Source: Prevotella sp. (GTDB lineage: Bacteria; Bacteroidota; Bacteroidia; Bacteroidales; Bacteroidaceae). Taken from it: a stretch of DNA of 53,832 nucleotides. Below, in pieces: positions 10,252 through 19,979 of this stretch. The translations under genes and the position numbers were made by a program. The stretch lies in the NCBI GenBank assembly GCA_018054505.1, contig JAGPJJ010000001.1, forward strand, positions 1 to 53,832, read 5' to 3'. Numbering within the stretch: position 1 is the stretch's first letter; each line of letters begins with the position of its first letter. Under the pieces are notes generated by a model that had not been told where the DNA came from, did no database searches, and worked only from the letters and a program-made list of their open reading frames with translations.

Positions 10252-11316
10252 ATGTCGTACATTATGGATAATAGCAACAATATGAACCATACGGGAAAAG
10301 TTCTCCTCATTTATACAGGCGGTACAATTGGCATGGGCAGAAATACTTTAACAAAAGCATTAGAGCCGTTGAATTTCAATCATTTAATAAGCAACATGCC
10401 AGAGTTTAAATATCTTTCAGTAGGCATAGATGTTTATCAGTTTGAAGTACCAATTGATTCAAGTGACATGAGTCCTAGACTGTGGGCTCACCTAGTAAGA
10501 ACTATTAGTACAAAGTATGATGAATACGACGGTTTCGTAATACTTCATGGTACTGACACCATGGCCTACACTGCATCAGCACTCTCATTCATGTTGGAAA
10601 ATCTTACAAAACCTGTAATTCTAACCGGTAGCCAATTACCAATTGGACAAATGCGGACTGATGGAAAAGAAAACCTGGTAACAAGTATTGAATTAGCCTC
10701 ATCTAAAAATAAAGAAGGTAATGCGCTCATTCCTGAAGTATGTATTTATTTTAGCGGTAGATTATTAAGAGGAAACCGCTCTACCAAACAAAATGCAGAC
10801 GGATTTAATGCCTTTGACTCATTTAACTACCCTCATCTATGCGAAGCAGGTGTAAAATTTACATTTGCCAAGCATCACATACTGAAACCTGACTATTCAA
10901 AAAAAATGATTCCACATTTCAACATGGATCCAAACGTCATGGTTTTTTCTTTATTTCCAGGGATTCAAGCTAGTATTTTCGGGCACGTTCTTGATGCCCC
11001 TGAATTAAAAGGTGTGGTAATGCGTAGTTTCGGAAGTGGAAATGCACCTCAGCAGCCATGGCTTATGCGACTATTAAAGGATGCATCTGAAAGAGGGGTT
11101 ACAATTGTAAATATAAGCCAATGTGGTGCAGGATTTGTGGAAATGAGTAGATATGACAATGGATATCAGTTAAAGGATACAGGTGTTATCAGCGGTCATG
11201 ATTGCACGGTTGAAGCTGCTGTCACCAAACTAATGTATCTTCATGGTCAATATGAAGACACAAATATAGTAAGAGAACTAATGTCCAAATCTCTTGCTGG
11301 AGAAATAAGTATTTAA
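10252..11316 (+). CDS. ansA: Type I (cytoplasmic) L-asparaginase
   Basis: IYTGGTIGM, HGTDTMAY, TGSQLP, RGNRSTK; no signal peptide. True start could be 10264 or 10282. Confidence 0.93.
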   Translation: MSYIMDNSNNMNHTGKVLLIYTGGTIGMGRNTLTKALEPLNFNHLISNMPEFKYLSVGIDVYQFEVPIDSSDMSPRLWAHLVRTISTKYDEYDGFVILHGTDTMAYTASALSFMLENLTKPVILTGSQLPIGQMRTDGKENLVTSIELASSKNKEGNALIPEVCIYFSGRLLRGNRSTKQNADGFNAFDSFNYPHLCEAGVKFTFAKHHILKPDYSKKMIPHFNMDPNVMVFSLFPGIQASIFGHVLDAPELKGVVMRSFGSGNAPQQPWLMRLLKDASERGVTIVNISQCGAGFVEMSRYDNGYQLKDTGVISGHDCTVEAAVTKLMYLHGQYEDTNIVRELMSKSLAGEISI

Positions 11317-11319
11317 TAA

Positions 11320-12207
11320 TTAAATTATCACACGTGTTTTGTGATAATTTTCACGGAACTCAGAAGGAGAACACTCTTTCTTCTTCTTAAATATACGATT
11401 AAAGTTACTTAGGTTGTTAAAGCCGCAATCAAAGCTAATTTCAGATATACTGCGAGCTGTATCTACAAGCATACGTGAAGCATAACCTAAACGAATATCA
11501 ATAATATATTCACTAAGATTCCTTCCTGTATGTAGCTTAAAGAACCTACTGAATGCACTTGGACTCATTCCTGCCATATCAGAAAGTGTAGCAAGACGAA
11601 TCTCATCCATATAATTCTTGCTGATATAATTCTTCACTTTCAATATTCTACGGCTATCATCCTCAACAACTATTTTAGCGAAACTAGAAGAAGCTAAAGT
11701 TCTTGCACCGTCACATTTTGACAGTTCATAAAGGATAGTCATAAACTGCATAACAGCATAAAAACCATCCTTAATTGTACTAAGAGTATCTAATTGTGTG
11801 TATACTTTCATGATAGCACTCAAAGGAAAACAAAGTCCCTTCTTCGCTTCGGTCATCATCTTACGCATACTCATGAAAGGATTACGTCCAAAGATATTCT
11901 CATTGGTCATATTAAAATCAAACTGTATCGTAACCTCACGAATATCATCACTGGTACATTCGTGCTGTTCCCACACATGTTCAAGGTCGGGACTTGTAAT
12001 TAAAACCAAATCGTAATCACCAATAACTTCAGAAGAGTCGCCCACAATTCTTTTCACACCATTCGCACGCTCAACAAAATTCAGTTCATAAACTTCATGG
12101 CTATGGATTGGGTATGTAAACTCCTTCTTATGGCGGTCGGCAATATAAAGCACATCCTTACCCATAAGAGGTGTTATCTCATGAATGACTCTTCTTTCTT
12201 CACTCAT
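11320..12207 (-). CDS. AraC-family transcriptional regulator (cupin + HTH)
   Basis: N-terminal HSHEVYEL cupin-like sensor; C-terminal AraC signature ISEISFDCGFNNLSNFNRIFKK..SPSEFR. Confidence 0.92.
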   Translation of the reverse strand: MSEERRVIHEITPLMGKDVLYIADRHKKEFTYPIHSHEVYELNFVERANGVKRIVGDSSEVIGDYDLVLITSPDLEHVWEQHECTSDDIREVTIQFDFNMTNENIFGRNPFMSMRKMMTEAKKGLCFPLSAIMKVYTQLDTLSTIKDGFYAVMQFMTILYELSKCDGARTLASSSFAKIVVEDDSRRILKVKNYISKNYMDEIRLATLSDMAGMSPSAFSRFFKLHTGRNLSEYIIDIRLGYASRMLVDTARSISEISFDCGFNNLSNFNRIFKKKKECSPSEFRENYHKTRVII

Positions 12208-12226
12208 ATATTTGATTTTAATTATT

Positions 12227-13114
12227 CTAAATGCGCAAATCCTTCAGTATTTCCGACATTTTTTGCTTTGTCTTGATTGTTGTTGGAACAAGTGGCAGAC
12301 GCAAAACGTTCTGAATCATTCCCATATCATTAAGCAAAGCCTTGCATCCTGCAGGATTTCCATCTACAAATAGCAGTGAATATAATTCGGTAAACATGTG
12401 ATGAATTTTGCGTGCTGGTTCGTATTCACCCTTGAATTCAAGTCTAATCATTCTACTGAATTCTTTAGGAAGAGCATTTCCTATAACAGAAATAACACCA
12501 GCAGCACCACTTGCTACCATAGAGAATGTCAAAGCATCATCACCACTGATAACATCAAAATTATCAGGCTTATTCTTAATTATCTCATCAACTTGTTCCA
12601 AACTTCCACTAGCTTCTTTAACACCTACAATGTTTGGAAAATCTTTAGCGATTCTTACAGTAGTGGCAGCAGTCATATTTACACCAGTTCTGCCTGGTAC
12701 ATTATATAATACTATTGGCAAAGGACTAGCCTCAGAAATAGCCTTAAAGTGCTGATATAATCCCTCTTGTGAAGGTTTGTTGTAATATGGGCAAATGCTC
12801 AATATTCCAGCAATGCCAGTCCAATCAGTTGTTTTTATTTCATCAACAACTGCGGCAGTATTATTACCACCACAATATTTAAGGATTGGAATACGGCCGT
12901 TTACAATTTCTTTTATGAAAACAGTTATTTCATCTTTTTCAGCTGTACTAAGACAAGGAGCTTCTCCTGTAGTAGCTAAAATGCAGAGAAAATCAGCGCC
13001 GTTATCAAGCTGATACTCTACAAGACGCTTAAGAGATTTATAATCTACCTCTCCGTCTGCCGTGAAAGGAGTTATCAGGGCTATACCTAAGCCCTTAAAG
13101 ATGTTACGTGCCAT
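12227..13114 (-). CDS. dapA: 4-hydroxy-tetrahydrodipicolinate synthase
   Basis: ALITPF, ATTGE, PYYNKPSQEG, LYNVPGRT, Schiff-base GVKEASG. Confidence 0.96.
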   Translation of the reverse strand: MARNIFKGLGIALITPFTADGEVDYKSLKRLVEYQLDNGADFLCILATTGEAPCLSTAEKDEITVFIKEIVNGRIPILKYCGGNNTAAVVDEIKTTDWTGIAGILSICPYYNKPSQEGLYQHFKAISEASPLPIVLYNVPGRTGVNMTAATTVRIAKDFPNIVGVKEASGSLEQVDEIIKNKPDNFDVISGDDALTFSMVASGAAGVISVIGNALPKEFSRMIRLEFKGEYEPARKIHHMFTELYSLLFVDGNPAGCKALLNDMGMIQNVLRLPLVPTTIKTKQKMSEILKDLRI

Positions 13115-13145
13115 ATTACTATAAATTAACTTTCAATCTTGTGCA

Positions 13146-13176
13146 CAAAGTTACGAGTTTTACATCAATTTGCAAA
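13146..13176 (-). promoter_or_regulatory. dapA promoter
   Basis: Minus TTTG (13176-13173), N19, TAACTTTG (13153-13146). Confidence 0.7.
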
Positions 13177-13223
13177 AGAAATTTATGAAATAATTTCAAA
13201 AAGGCATGATTTGCAATTTTATT

Positions 13224-14141
13224 CTACTTTGATCCGATATACAAGAATATCATACCTAAGAGTACAAGAGCGAGATCAAAAGCTTTAGCCTTAAGATTCT
13301 TTTCGTGGAATAAAGCTGCCCCAAACAAGAAACTAACAATGACGCTACCACGTCGTATCATGCTTACGATAGAAATCATAGCACCTGGCATACTCAAAGA
13401 GTAGAAATATACGAAATCTGCTGCACTTAAAAATATTGAGATGAATATCACAGACCATTCCCAATGAAATGGTGTAGTCTTCTTATGAGTTGGCCACCAG
13501 AGTAATACCAACATTGCTCCCATCATTGCCATCTGATAAATATTATACCAACTCTGAACAATCATACGATCTAATCCTACTCCACCATTTTCGGGACTAG
13601 CCATAAGATATTTGTCGTAAAGTCCGCTTACAGCTCCCAAGAATGCTGCCAATACCAAGAAATAGATCCACTTATCATGTTTAAAATCTATACCTTCTTT
13701 CTTACCACTTTTACTGAGCATTACAAAAGAAGCAACTGCTAAAGCCACACCTGTCCACTGCCAAGCATTTAATCTTTCACCAAATACAAGTAAGGCGCCG
13801 ACAAGAACCATAACCGGTCGAGTTGCATTTATTGGACCGACTATTGTTAATGGTAAATGCTTCATAGCAAAATACCCAAATATCCAACTTGAAAGAACGA
13901 TACAACTTTTAAGAACAATATACTTATGTATCTCCCAACCTCCTTGAGCAACATAAAACATGCTTCCATCAAGAATATGTGTTGATGAAGACAAGATTAT
14001 AAACGGAATAAAGATCAGAGATGAAAACAATGTATTCAAAAATAAGACAGGAATAACTGCGTTATCATGAAGAGCCTTCTTCTTAAATGAATCATAAAAA
14101 CCAAGTAAAGCTGCTGATAAAAATGCTAAAATTAACCACAT
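13224..14141 (-). CDS. EamA/DMT-family membrane transporter
   Basis: 305 aa, about 10 hydrophobic helices in two repeats (GALLVFGERL, GAALFHEK). Confidence 0.85.
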   Translation of the reverse strand: MWLILAFLSAALLGFYDSFKKKALHDNAVIPVLFLNTLFSSLIFIPFIILSSSTHILDGSMFYVAQGGWEIHKYIVLKSCIVLSSWIFGYFAMKHLPLTIVGPINATRPVMVLVGALLVFGERLNAWQWTGVALAVASFVMLSKSGKKEGIDFKHDKWIYFLVLAAFLGAVSGLYDKYLMASPENGGVGLDRMIVQSWYNIYQMAMMGAMLVLLWWPTHKKTTPFHWEWSVIFISIFLSAADFVYFYSLSMPGAMISIVSMIRRGSVIVSFLFGAALFHEKNLKAKAFDLALVLLGMIFLYIGSK

Positions 14142-14188
14142 GTACTATAAAATATAAATTACGAATTATGCATCAAGCATATATATTA

Positions 14189-14920
14189 TTAATATTCAAT
14201 ATTCTCCAAAAACAAGGCATTGCCAGGCATACTTTCACCAGCATCACTTCTATTTCCATTATCAAGAATATCCTTAAACTCATCAAGTGTTATTTTATGA
14301 CGTCCAAGCAACAATAATGTTCCAACTGTTGCTCTCACCATATTTCTTAAAAATCTATTAGCTGTGATCGTAAAATACCAAGAGTAATCAGATGTCTGAA
14401 CCCATCTACACTCTTTCACATTACAAATTGTTGTCTTGTTATCAGCTCCCGTCTTACAAAAAGCAGCAAAATCATCATGCCCCACGATAATTTCAGCAGC
14501 CTTATTCATTAAATCGAAATCCAAATCATAATGAGTTTCTAATGAATAATGACGTAAAAAAGGATCTTTTCTCACATGAAGATAATAATGATACGTACGC
14601 CATTTTGCTGAAAAGCGAGCATGCATTTCATTATCTACAGGTTCAACTTTATACACTCCAATGTCACGAGGAAGAATACGGTTTAATCTAAAGGTCAATT
14701 GTTCACCGTCAATCGCATCATCATAATCAAAATGAGCGACCATCATTCTTGCGTGAACTCCGGTATCCGTGCGACCAGCACCAACAACATCTATTCTCTT
14801 TCTCAAAACTTTTGAAAGAGAATCTTGTAGCCGTTCTTGAACAGATATCCCATTGGGTTGAATCTGCCAACCATGATATCCTGTACCATCATAGCTAAAA
14901 TATACGAAATATCTCTGCAT
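14189..14920 (-). CDS. truA: tRNA pseudouridine(38-40) synthase
   Basis: YDGTGYHGWQIQ, GAGRTDTGVHA, ANRFLRNMVR; ATG at 14920 preferred over TTG at 14923. Confidence 0.96.
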   Translation of the reverse strand: MQRYFVYFSYDGTGYHGWQIQPNGISVQERLQDSLSKVLRKRIDVVGAGRTDTGVHARMMVAHFDYDDAIDGEQLTFRLNRILPRDIGVYKVEPVDNEMHARFSAKWRTYHYYLHVRKDPFLRHYSLETHYDLDFDLMNKAAEIIVGHDDFAAFCKTGADNKTTICNVKECRWVQTSDYSWYFTITANRFLRNMVRATVGTLLLLGRHKITLDEFKDILDNGNRSDAGESMPGNALFLENIEY

Positions 14921-14925
14921 CAATA

Positions 14926-15366
14926 TTAATTCTTTGGTGCGAAAGCCTGTTTAAAAGCATCTCTGTGGAATTTATCTTCTGCCTTTAAAATTTCAAGTAC
15001 TTTGCCAGCAGGCAATATTTTAAGAAAACTATTATGATATTTCTGCTGTATCTTTTTAATTTCAACGTCTATAGAGTCCATTTTACGAATGGCCTTTTCA
15101 GACATTACATTATCATGAATATCTGTATGACGTAGACGCCTCATCTCATTAAAAGACGCTCTCATCTTACTCTGCATTTCTCTATAAATAGGGAAAAAGC
15201 GTTGCGCTTCTTGCGGAGTGAGACCAGCCTTTGTTGTTATAAATTGTTCCATTGAAGCCTCGAAACGTTCTGGATCAAACTTCGGGCGAGAATTTTCAGG
15301 AGTATCAGCCATCCCAGGAATAGCCATAAATATCACTGAAATAAATATCATTGCATAATACTTCAT
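14926..15366 (-). CDS. Secreted all-helical protein, Spy/CpxP-like
   Basis: Signal peptide; LTPQEAQRFFPIY motif and charged helical pattern; follows an ECF sigma/anti-sigma pair. Confidence 0.6.
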   Translation of the reverse strand: MKYYAMIFISVIFMAIPGMADTPENSRPKFDPERFEASMEQFITTKAGLTPQEAQRFFPIYREMQSKMRASFNEMRRLRHTDIHDNVMSEKAIRKMDSIDVEIKKIQQKYHNSFLKILPAGKVLEILKAEDKFHRDAFKQAFAPKN

Positions 15367-15382
15367 AATAACACCTTTTTAT

Positions 15383-15766
15383 TTACTTATTATCTGCCAA
15401 AGAGGCATAGATGTCCTCATTATCCATCATTGTATAATCAGCCATTTGGTCAAAGTTGCTTTTAACTTGGTCCAAATTTTCTTTTTGGGGCATTGAAGAT
15501 CTTTCATATGAGTTAACTACATTGAATTTCCCAAAATATGTATAAACTCCAATTGTCAATGTTGCGGCAATAACGGCGGCTGCAATGCCACCACGCAAAC
15601 GCGAACTCCACACCATTGGATGGAATTTAAAAATTCCTTTTTTATGGGATTTCTCTGGCAACTTGTTCATTAGCTGACTGGTAAAGCCTTCAAAATAGCC
15701 ATCTGGAACCTTGAAGGATTCAATTTTACCAAATTGTCTTATTAGCTTTTCCTCATCTTTATCCAT
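15383..15766 (-). CDS. Single-TM protein, putative anti-sigma factor
   Basis: FKVPDGYFEGF motif, one TM helix (IAAAVIAATLTIGVY), directly after the ECF sigma. Confidence 0.65.
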   Translation of the reverse strand: MDKDEEKLIRQFGKIESFKVPDGYFEGFTSQLMNKLPEKSHKKGIFKFHPMVWSSRLRGGIAAAVIAATLTIGVYTYFGKFNVVNSYERSSMPQKENLDQVKSNFDQMADYTMMDNEDIYASLADNK

Positions 15767-15794
15767 ATTTGCGTTTTTGTTATATTACATGTTT

Positions 15795-15820
15795 GACGAA
15801 TCAATATACCGAAAGTTTAA
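15795..15820 (-). promoter_or_regulatory. Putative ECF-sigma-dependent promoter
   Basis: Minus strand TTAAAC-N16-CGTC; the -35 box overlaps the sigma TAA stop. Confidence 0.5.
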
Positions 15821-16362
15821 TCATGAAGTTTAAAAAATTCCGCTATTTTTTTAACTGCGAGATGATAACTTGCTTTTAAAGCCCCTTCACTAGTACCTAG
15901 CGCAGTACTCATTTCACTATATTTCATTTCATCAAAATATCTTAAACAGAACACAGAACGCTGTACATCAGGTAGAAGTGATATCGCTTCCTGAAGATGC
16001 GCTTGTATTTCATCGCCATCAAAATATTCATCAGCAAGCAGTTTAGACGCCAGCCCTTCATTTTGATCCGAACTAATACGACTATTGTTTTTTTGAGAAC
16101 GAATAAAATCCAGACTTTCATTTATTGCTATACGATAAAGCCAAGTATAAATACTAGCTTTATTGTTAAAACCATCAAGCTTATTCCAAGCCTTTATAAA
16201 TGTATTTTGCAGAATGTCATTAGCATCCTCATGTTCAACAACGATATGACGAATTTTCCAATAAAGAGGTTGACTGTAGTGTTCTACAATCTTTGAGAAG
16301 GCTCGCCTACTGGTCTGCTCATCCTTCAATTCCTTTAATATTTCGTTTTCGTTGTATTGCAT
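15817..16362 (-). CDS. ECF RNA polymerase sigma factor
   Basis: 181 aa; region 2 DANDILQNTFIKAW..TWLYRIAIN; region 4 LPDVQRSVFCLRYFDEMKYSEMS. Confidence 0.95.
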   Translation of the reverse strand: MQYNENEILKELKDEQTSRRAFSKIVEHYSQPLYWKIRHIVVEHEDANDILQNTFIKAWNKLDGFNNKASIYTWLYRIAINESLDFIRSQKNNSRISSDQNEGLASKLLADEYFDGDEIQAHLQEAISLLPDVQRSVFCLRYFDEMKYSEMSTALGTSEGALKASYHLAVKKIAEFFKLHD

Positions 16363-16366
16363 ATTA

Positions 16367-17956
16367 TTAATGGCTTAGATAATTTTTCAATGTTGAAAAA
16401 ATCACCTTATCATATCCATAAACGTCACTAAAGGATTTAATATTGCCTTCAACATCTGGATAAAGAGTAAAATAAGTTATAAACAACGGAACTTTGGGGT
16501 CAACGTTAACATTACTTATGATACGAGAGTGATCTAATGCATCAGCCTTTGGGTTAGGATTTTCATACTGTTTATCATCTGTTTCAACAGTATTTTTACT
16601 TCCTATTTGGGCTGTCATCGAATATTTTATCTTATTTATTATATCCTCATTTTTGTCATTCAGCATAAACACAGCAAGAGAAAAAGGTTTCTGAACACGG
16701 ATACAACCATGACTTACATCACGATCTTCTTGTGAAAAAACATCATGTTGATTGGTATCATGGATGAATACACTAAAACTGTTATTGAATCTAAAAATTA
16801 TCCTGCCTAAGGAATTACCTATACCTCCGGCCTGAACAACAAGATAGTCATTACTATTTAGCATATCAGTCGTAACCTTATCAAAGCTAATTTTCTTTCC
16901 TGTACGTCTCTCCCTAACAAAGAAATTGTGGTTCTCAAAATAAGATCTATTTCCAATATGAGCTATAATACTTTTTTTAATAATGCTACGTGGAACGATC
17001 CATTGTGGGTTAATATCCATACGCATTATTGCACTAGTGAGCAATGGCGTCTTTGTATCAAAAGATCCACAGCCAATCCTCATTTCAAGAGATTTTTTAC
17101 CGTCAATAGCACGCAAATGAAATGATGGAATATTCACTAATACGTATTTATCATGCATCTCAGGATAGTCCTTTAATCTCCAGCGACATCTTTCCATATT
17201 GCATAATATCTTGATTCTCTGAATCTTAGAGGTAGTTTGTTTTAGCGCTTCATAAAATCTCCAGTATAATTTATTCTTTGGCTGAACATCTTTCAAAAAT
17301 TGAGCAACACTGTCTGTACCAAGCTTTCGCATAGCTGTTGCATAAAAGCTCTTATCTGGTTTCTCCATTGGGATATCAAATAGCTTACGATAGGCTACAA
17401 CAGAAGTATCCATATCATACTGATCCAATCTATTTAATTTGTAAGACGGATTAAAATATCCAAAGCGTTGACCAACTACATAACGAAAATAAGCTTTTGT
17501 CAGATTATACTCCAACCTAGCCATAACCCTATTTATTGAATTATGCGATGAGTCAAAATCAAGTTCCCTGGCTCTTTTTAAATCACGCTCTATCTGAGCA
17601 TATCTAAACTTGCTCCGACTGAATCCCATTTCATTGACTTTACGGATATAGTTTAAAAGCGTATCTGCACGATAATCTATACCAGAACGGTCTATCCATA
17701 AAAATGCACCTTTATTCGTATAATATCCCTTAAGATGAGTGTCGGCAGCCATAGAATCATCGTCGGCATTTATAATCACGTCAAGATATTCTCGAATTCT
17801 ATGTGAATTAAGTGCATAAGCAGAAGTGTCCAACTTATCAAAGTCAGATAAATTTAAATTAATATTTGGATTTGTGGTTTTATCTCTGCATGAGAACATG
17901 CAAAAGATCGTGATTACCAAAAGAAAAAGACACAATTTTATCTTGAATACTCTCAA
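16367..17956 (-). CDS. L,D-transpeptidase (YcbB/LdtD-like) lipoprotein
   Basis: Lipobox FCMFSC; NMERCRW, VNIPSF, NPQWIVPRSI, catalytic FIHDT..SHGCIRV; TTG start. Confidence 0.9.
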   Translation of the reverse strand: MRVFKIKLCLFLLVITIFCMFSCRDKTTNPNINLNLSDFDKLDTSAYALNSHRIREYLDVIINADDDSMAADTHLKGYYTNKGAFLWIDRSGIDYRADTLLNYIRKVNEMGFSRSKFRYAQIERDLKRARELDFDSSHNSINRVMARLEYNLTKAYFRYVVGQRFGYFNPSYKLNRLDQYDMDTSVVAYRKLFDIPMEKPDKSFYATAMRKLGTDSVAQFLKDVQPKNKLYWRFYEALKQTTSKIQRIKILCNMERCRWRLKDYPEMHDKYVLVNIPSFHLRAIDGKKSLEMRIGCGSFDTKTPLLTSAIMRMDINPQWIVPRSIIKKSIIAHIGNRSYFENHNFFVRERRTGKKISFDKVTTDMLNSNDYLVVQAGGIGNSLGRIIFRFNNSFSVFIHDTNQHDVFSQEDRDVSHGCIRVQKPFSLAVFMLNDKNEDIINKIKYSMTAQIGSKNTVETDDKQYENPNPKADALDHSRIISNVNVDPKVPLFITYFTLYPDVEGNIKSFSDVYGYDKVIFSTLKNYLSH

Positions 17957-17978
17957 AATTCATTTATTAAAAATAATA

Positions 17979-18287
17979 TTATTTTACTGAAATCTTTTTC
18001 ACCAACTTTCCAACCTTAACTATGTAGCATCCACGTGGTAAGTCCAAACTAAATCGTTTGTCGGCACTATCTATATTTTCACAAACCACCAAGACTCCAG
18101 TAACATTGAATATTTGCAATCTAAGCTTTTCTCCATTAGTGATTCGCAAGATATTCTGCTCAAAGTATATATTAATATCGTTAAAAGCTACAATCTGCTG
18201 TGTATCACTCATATTGCTTGCCAGCAAGGGAGTTGACAAAGTACTGCATGCTATTAAGATAAATATATAAAACCAATGTCTTGCCAT
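17979..18287 (-). CDS. Small secreted protein consisting of a T9SS type-A sorting (CTD)-like domain
   Basis: Signal peptide, then IFNVTGVLV..LPRGCYIVKVGKLVKKISVK, the CTD pattern; no cargo domain. Confidence 0.75.
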   Translation of the reverse strand: MARHWFYIFILIACSTLSTPLLASNMSDTQQIVAFNDINIYFEQNILRITNGEKLRLQIFNVTGVLVVCENIDSADKRFSLDLPRGCYIVKVGKLVKKISVK

Positions 18288-18355
18288 CTTGTTTTTGAAA
18301 TTGATTTAGTATCGAAATTAATAATATATGTCATGCTCATAATGCTTGTCATCAC

Positions 18356-18448
18356 ATTATAATAACACAATGCACACATTACAATATCATTACAAAGGTA
18401 ATCTTTTTACAGACACATTACAACTACTTAAATAGGGAAATATTACAA
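18356..18448 (-). promoter_or_regulatory. Promoter with overlapping ATTACAA direct repeats
   Basis: Minus -7 box TACCTTTG (18400-18393); ATTACAA at 18378, 18389, 18417, 18442 and ATTATAA at 18356. Confidence 0.5.
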
Positions 18449-18468
18449 TCTTAACAATATTTACGATT

Positions 18469-19383
18469 TCAAACATCAAAGACCATGCCCTCATTTGTAA
18501 GAAAACTGTTTTCAAATATACTTTTTGCCTCATCAAGCAGACAGCTTTCATCCTCATATCTAGCACTAAAATGCCCAAGAAGTAATTTTCCAGCTCCTGC
18601 TTCTTTTGCTACCCGAGCAGCTTGCTCTGCTGTTGAATGATAATACATCTTTGCACGACCTTCATTGTCTTTTGCGTATGTACTTTCATGATAAAGCACA
18701 TTTACATTTTCCAAACTTTTATACAGTTTTGGAATATATTTTGTATCACTACAATAAGCGTAGGAACGTGCCTTGTCTGCTGGTTTTGTCAACTTCGCAT
18801 TAGGAATAACTTTTCCATCTTCATCTGTCCAGTCTGCCCCAGCCTTTATATTATTTATTTGGCTGATTGGTATATTATAACAGTTCATCATTTCTCTGTC
18901 AATATGCCTACATCCCTCTTTTTCTTTGAAAAGATAACCACATGTTGGTACACGATGTTGCAAAGGAATACTTTCTACAACAAGACTTCTGTCTTCATAA
19001 ACAACAGTCTTCTTGGTTGTATCTACAGAATGAAATTCAACTTTAAACTCAAGTCCTTGACAAAAAAAGTTTATCTGATTTTCAAGTATAGTCCCAAGCT
19101 CAGCCGGTGCATATACATGAAGTGTCGCAACACGCCCCAACATGCCAAAAGTACTGATCATGCCGATTAGCCCAAAACAGTGATCACCATGTAAATGAGA
19201 AATAAACACAGCTTGGATTTTGGTAAACCTGATCTTACTTCTGCGCAACTGCATCTGCGTGCCCTCCCCACAATCTACCATAAACAGTTTACCTCTTATC
19301 TCAACAACTTGTGACGAGGCATAATGTCTCATTGTAGGTAAGGCTGAGCCACAGCCTAAAATATGAATTTTAAATGGTTCCAT
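18469..19383 (-). CDS. rnz: Ribonuclease Z
   Basis: LGCGSALP, DCGEGTQ, SHLHGDH, CSDT, HESTY, HST, GHFSARY. Confidence 0.96.
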   Translation of the reverse strand: MEPFKIHILGCGSALPTMRHYASSQVVEIRGKLFMVDCGEGTQMQLRRSKIRFTKIQAVFISHLHGDHCFGLIGMISTFGMLGRVATLHVYAPAELGTILENQINFFCQGLEFKVEFHSVDTTKKTVVYEDRSLVVESIPLQHRVPTCGYLFKEKEGCRHIDREMMNCYNIPISQINNIKAGADWTDEDGKVIPNAKLTKPADKARSYAYCSDTKYIPKLYKSLENVNVLYHESTYAKDNEGRAKMYYHSTAEQAARVAKEAGAGKLLLGHFSARYEDESCLLDEAKSIFENSFLTNEGMVFDV

Positions 19384-19398
19384 ACTTAACTTATCTAC

Positions 19399-19962
19399 TT
19401 ATTTCTGACGCTTATATGCAAAGATTCCATCTTTGCTTTCTAGATAAAGAGAATCTGCGCCAAGATTGTCAATAAGGAAAGTATCTTTATTTAGTAACAA
19501 TTTGCCATTACATATTTTCCATTCAGTCCATGGATTGCTTTCTGCCTGTAAATGACTCTTAACAACTCCACCTTCTAATATTTCAAAATTTCTGTCTATA
19601 CTTGTCCAATTACCTTGAAGTGTTGTTAAGTTAAGCACAGTCTTAGCATAATTTTCGCCGTCGACTTTATGACCAATAACAGCCAATCTGTCACCGACCA
19701 AGAGTCCACCTAAGACACTGGCAGAATCTACCCCCTCGTCCATAATTGTATAGTTAATAGTGTCACCACCATCTGTAATAAGTTCAAGGCTGTGCATTGC
19801 TGTGCCTTCTCCGCAAACTCCATAGACAGTAGTATCAGCCTCAGTTTTTGCAACAACAGAGTCCTTATCATTCAACTGCGCCGTTTTCTTTCCTTTACCA
19901 TTACATCCTATCATCGAGATAATAGCTATAAACATAAAAGAAACATAAAATATTTTTTTCAT
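19399..19962 (-). CDS. Hypothetical lipoprotein, lipocalin-like C-terminal domain
   Basis: Lipobox ISMIGC; LQGNW..WKICNGKLLL beta-barrel pattern. Confidence 0.7.
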   Translation of the reverse strand: MKKIFYVSFMFIAIISMIGCNGKGKKTAQLNDKDSVVAKTEADTTVYGVCGEGTAMHSLELITDGGDTINYTIMDEGVDSASVLGGLLVGDRLAVIGHKVDGENYAKTVLNLTTLQGNWTSIDRNFEILEGGVVKSHLQAESNPWTEWKICNGKLLLNKDTFLIDNLGADSLYLESKDGIFAYKRQK

Positions 19963-19979
19963 ATTATCAATAATATTTA

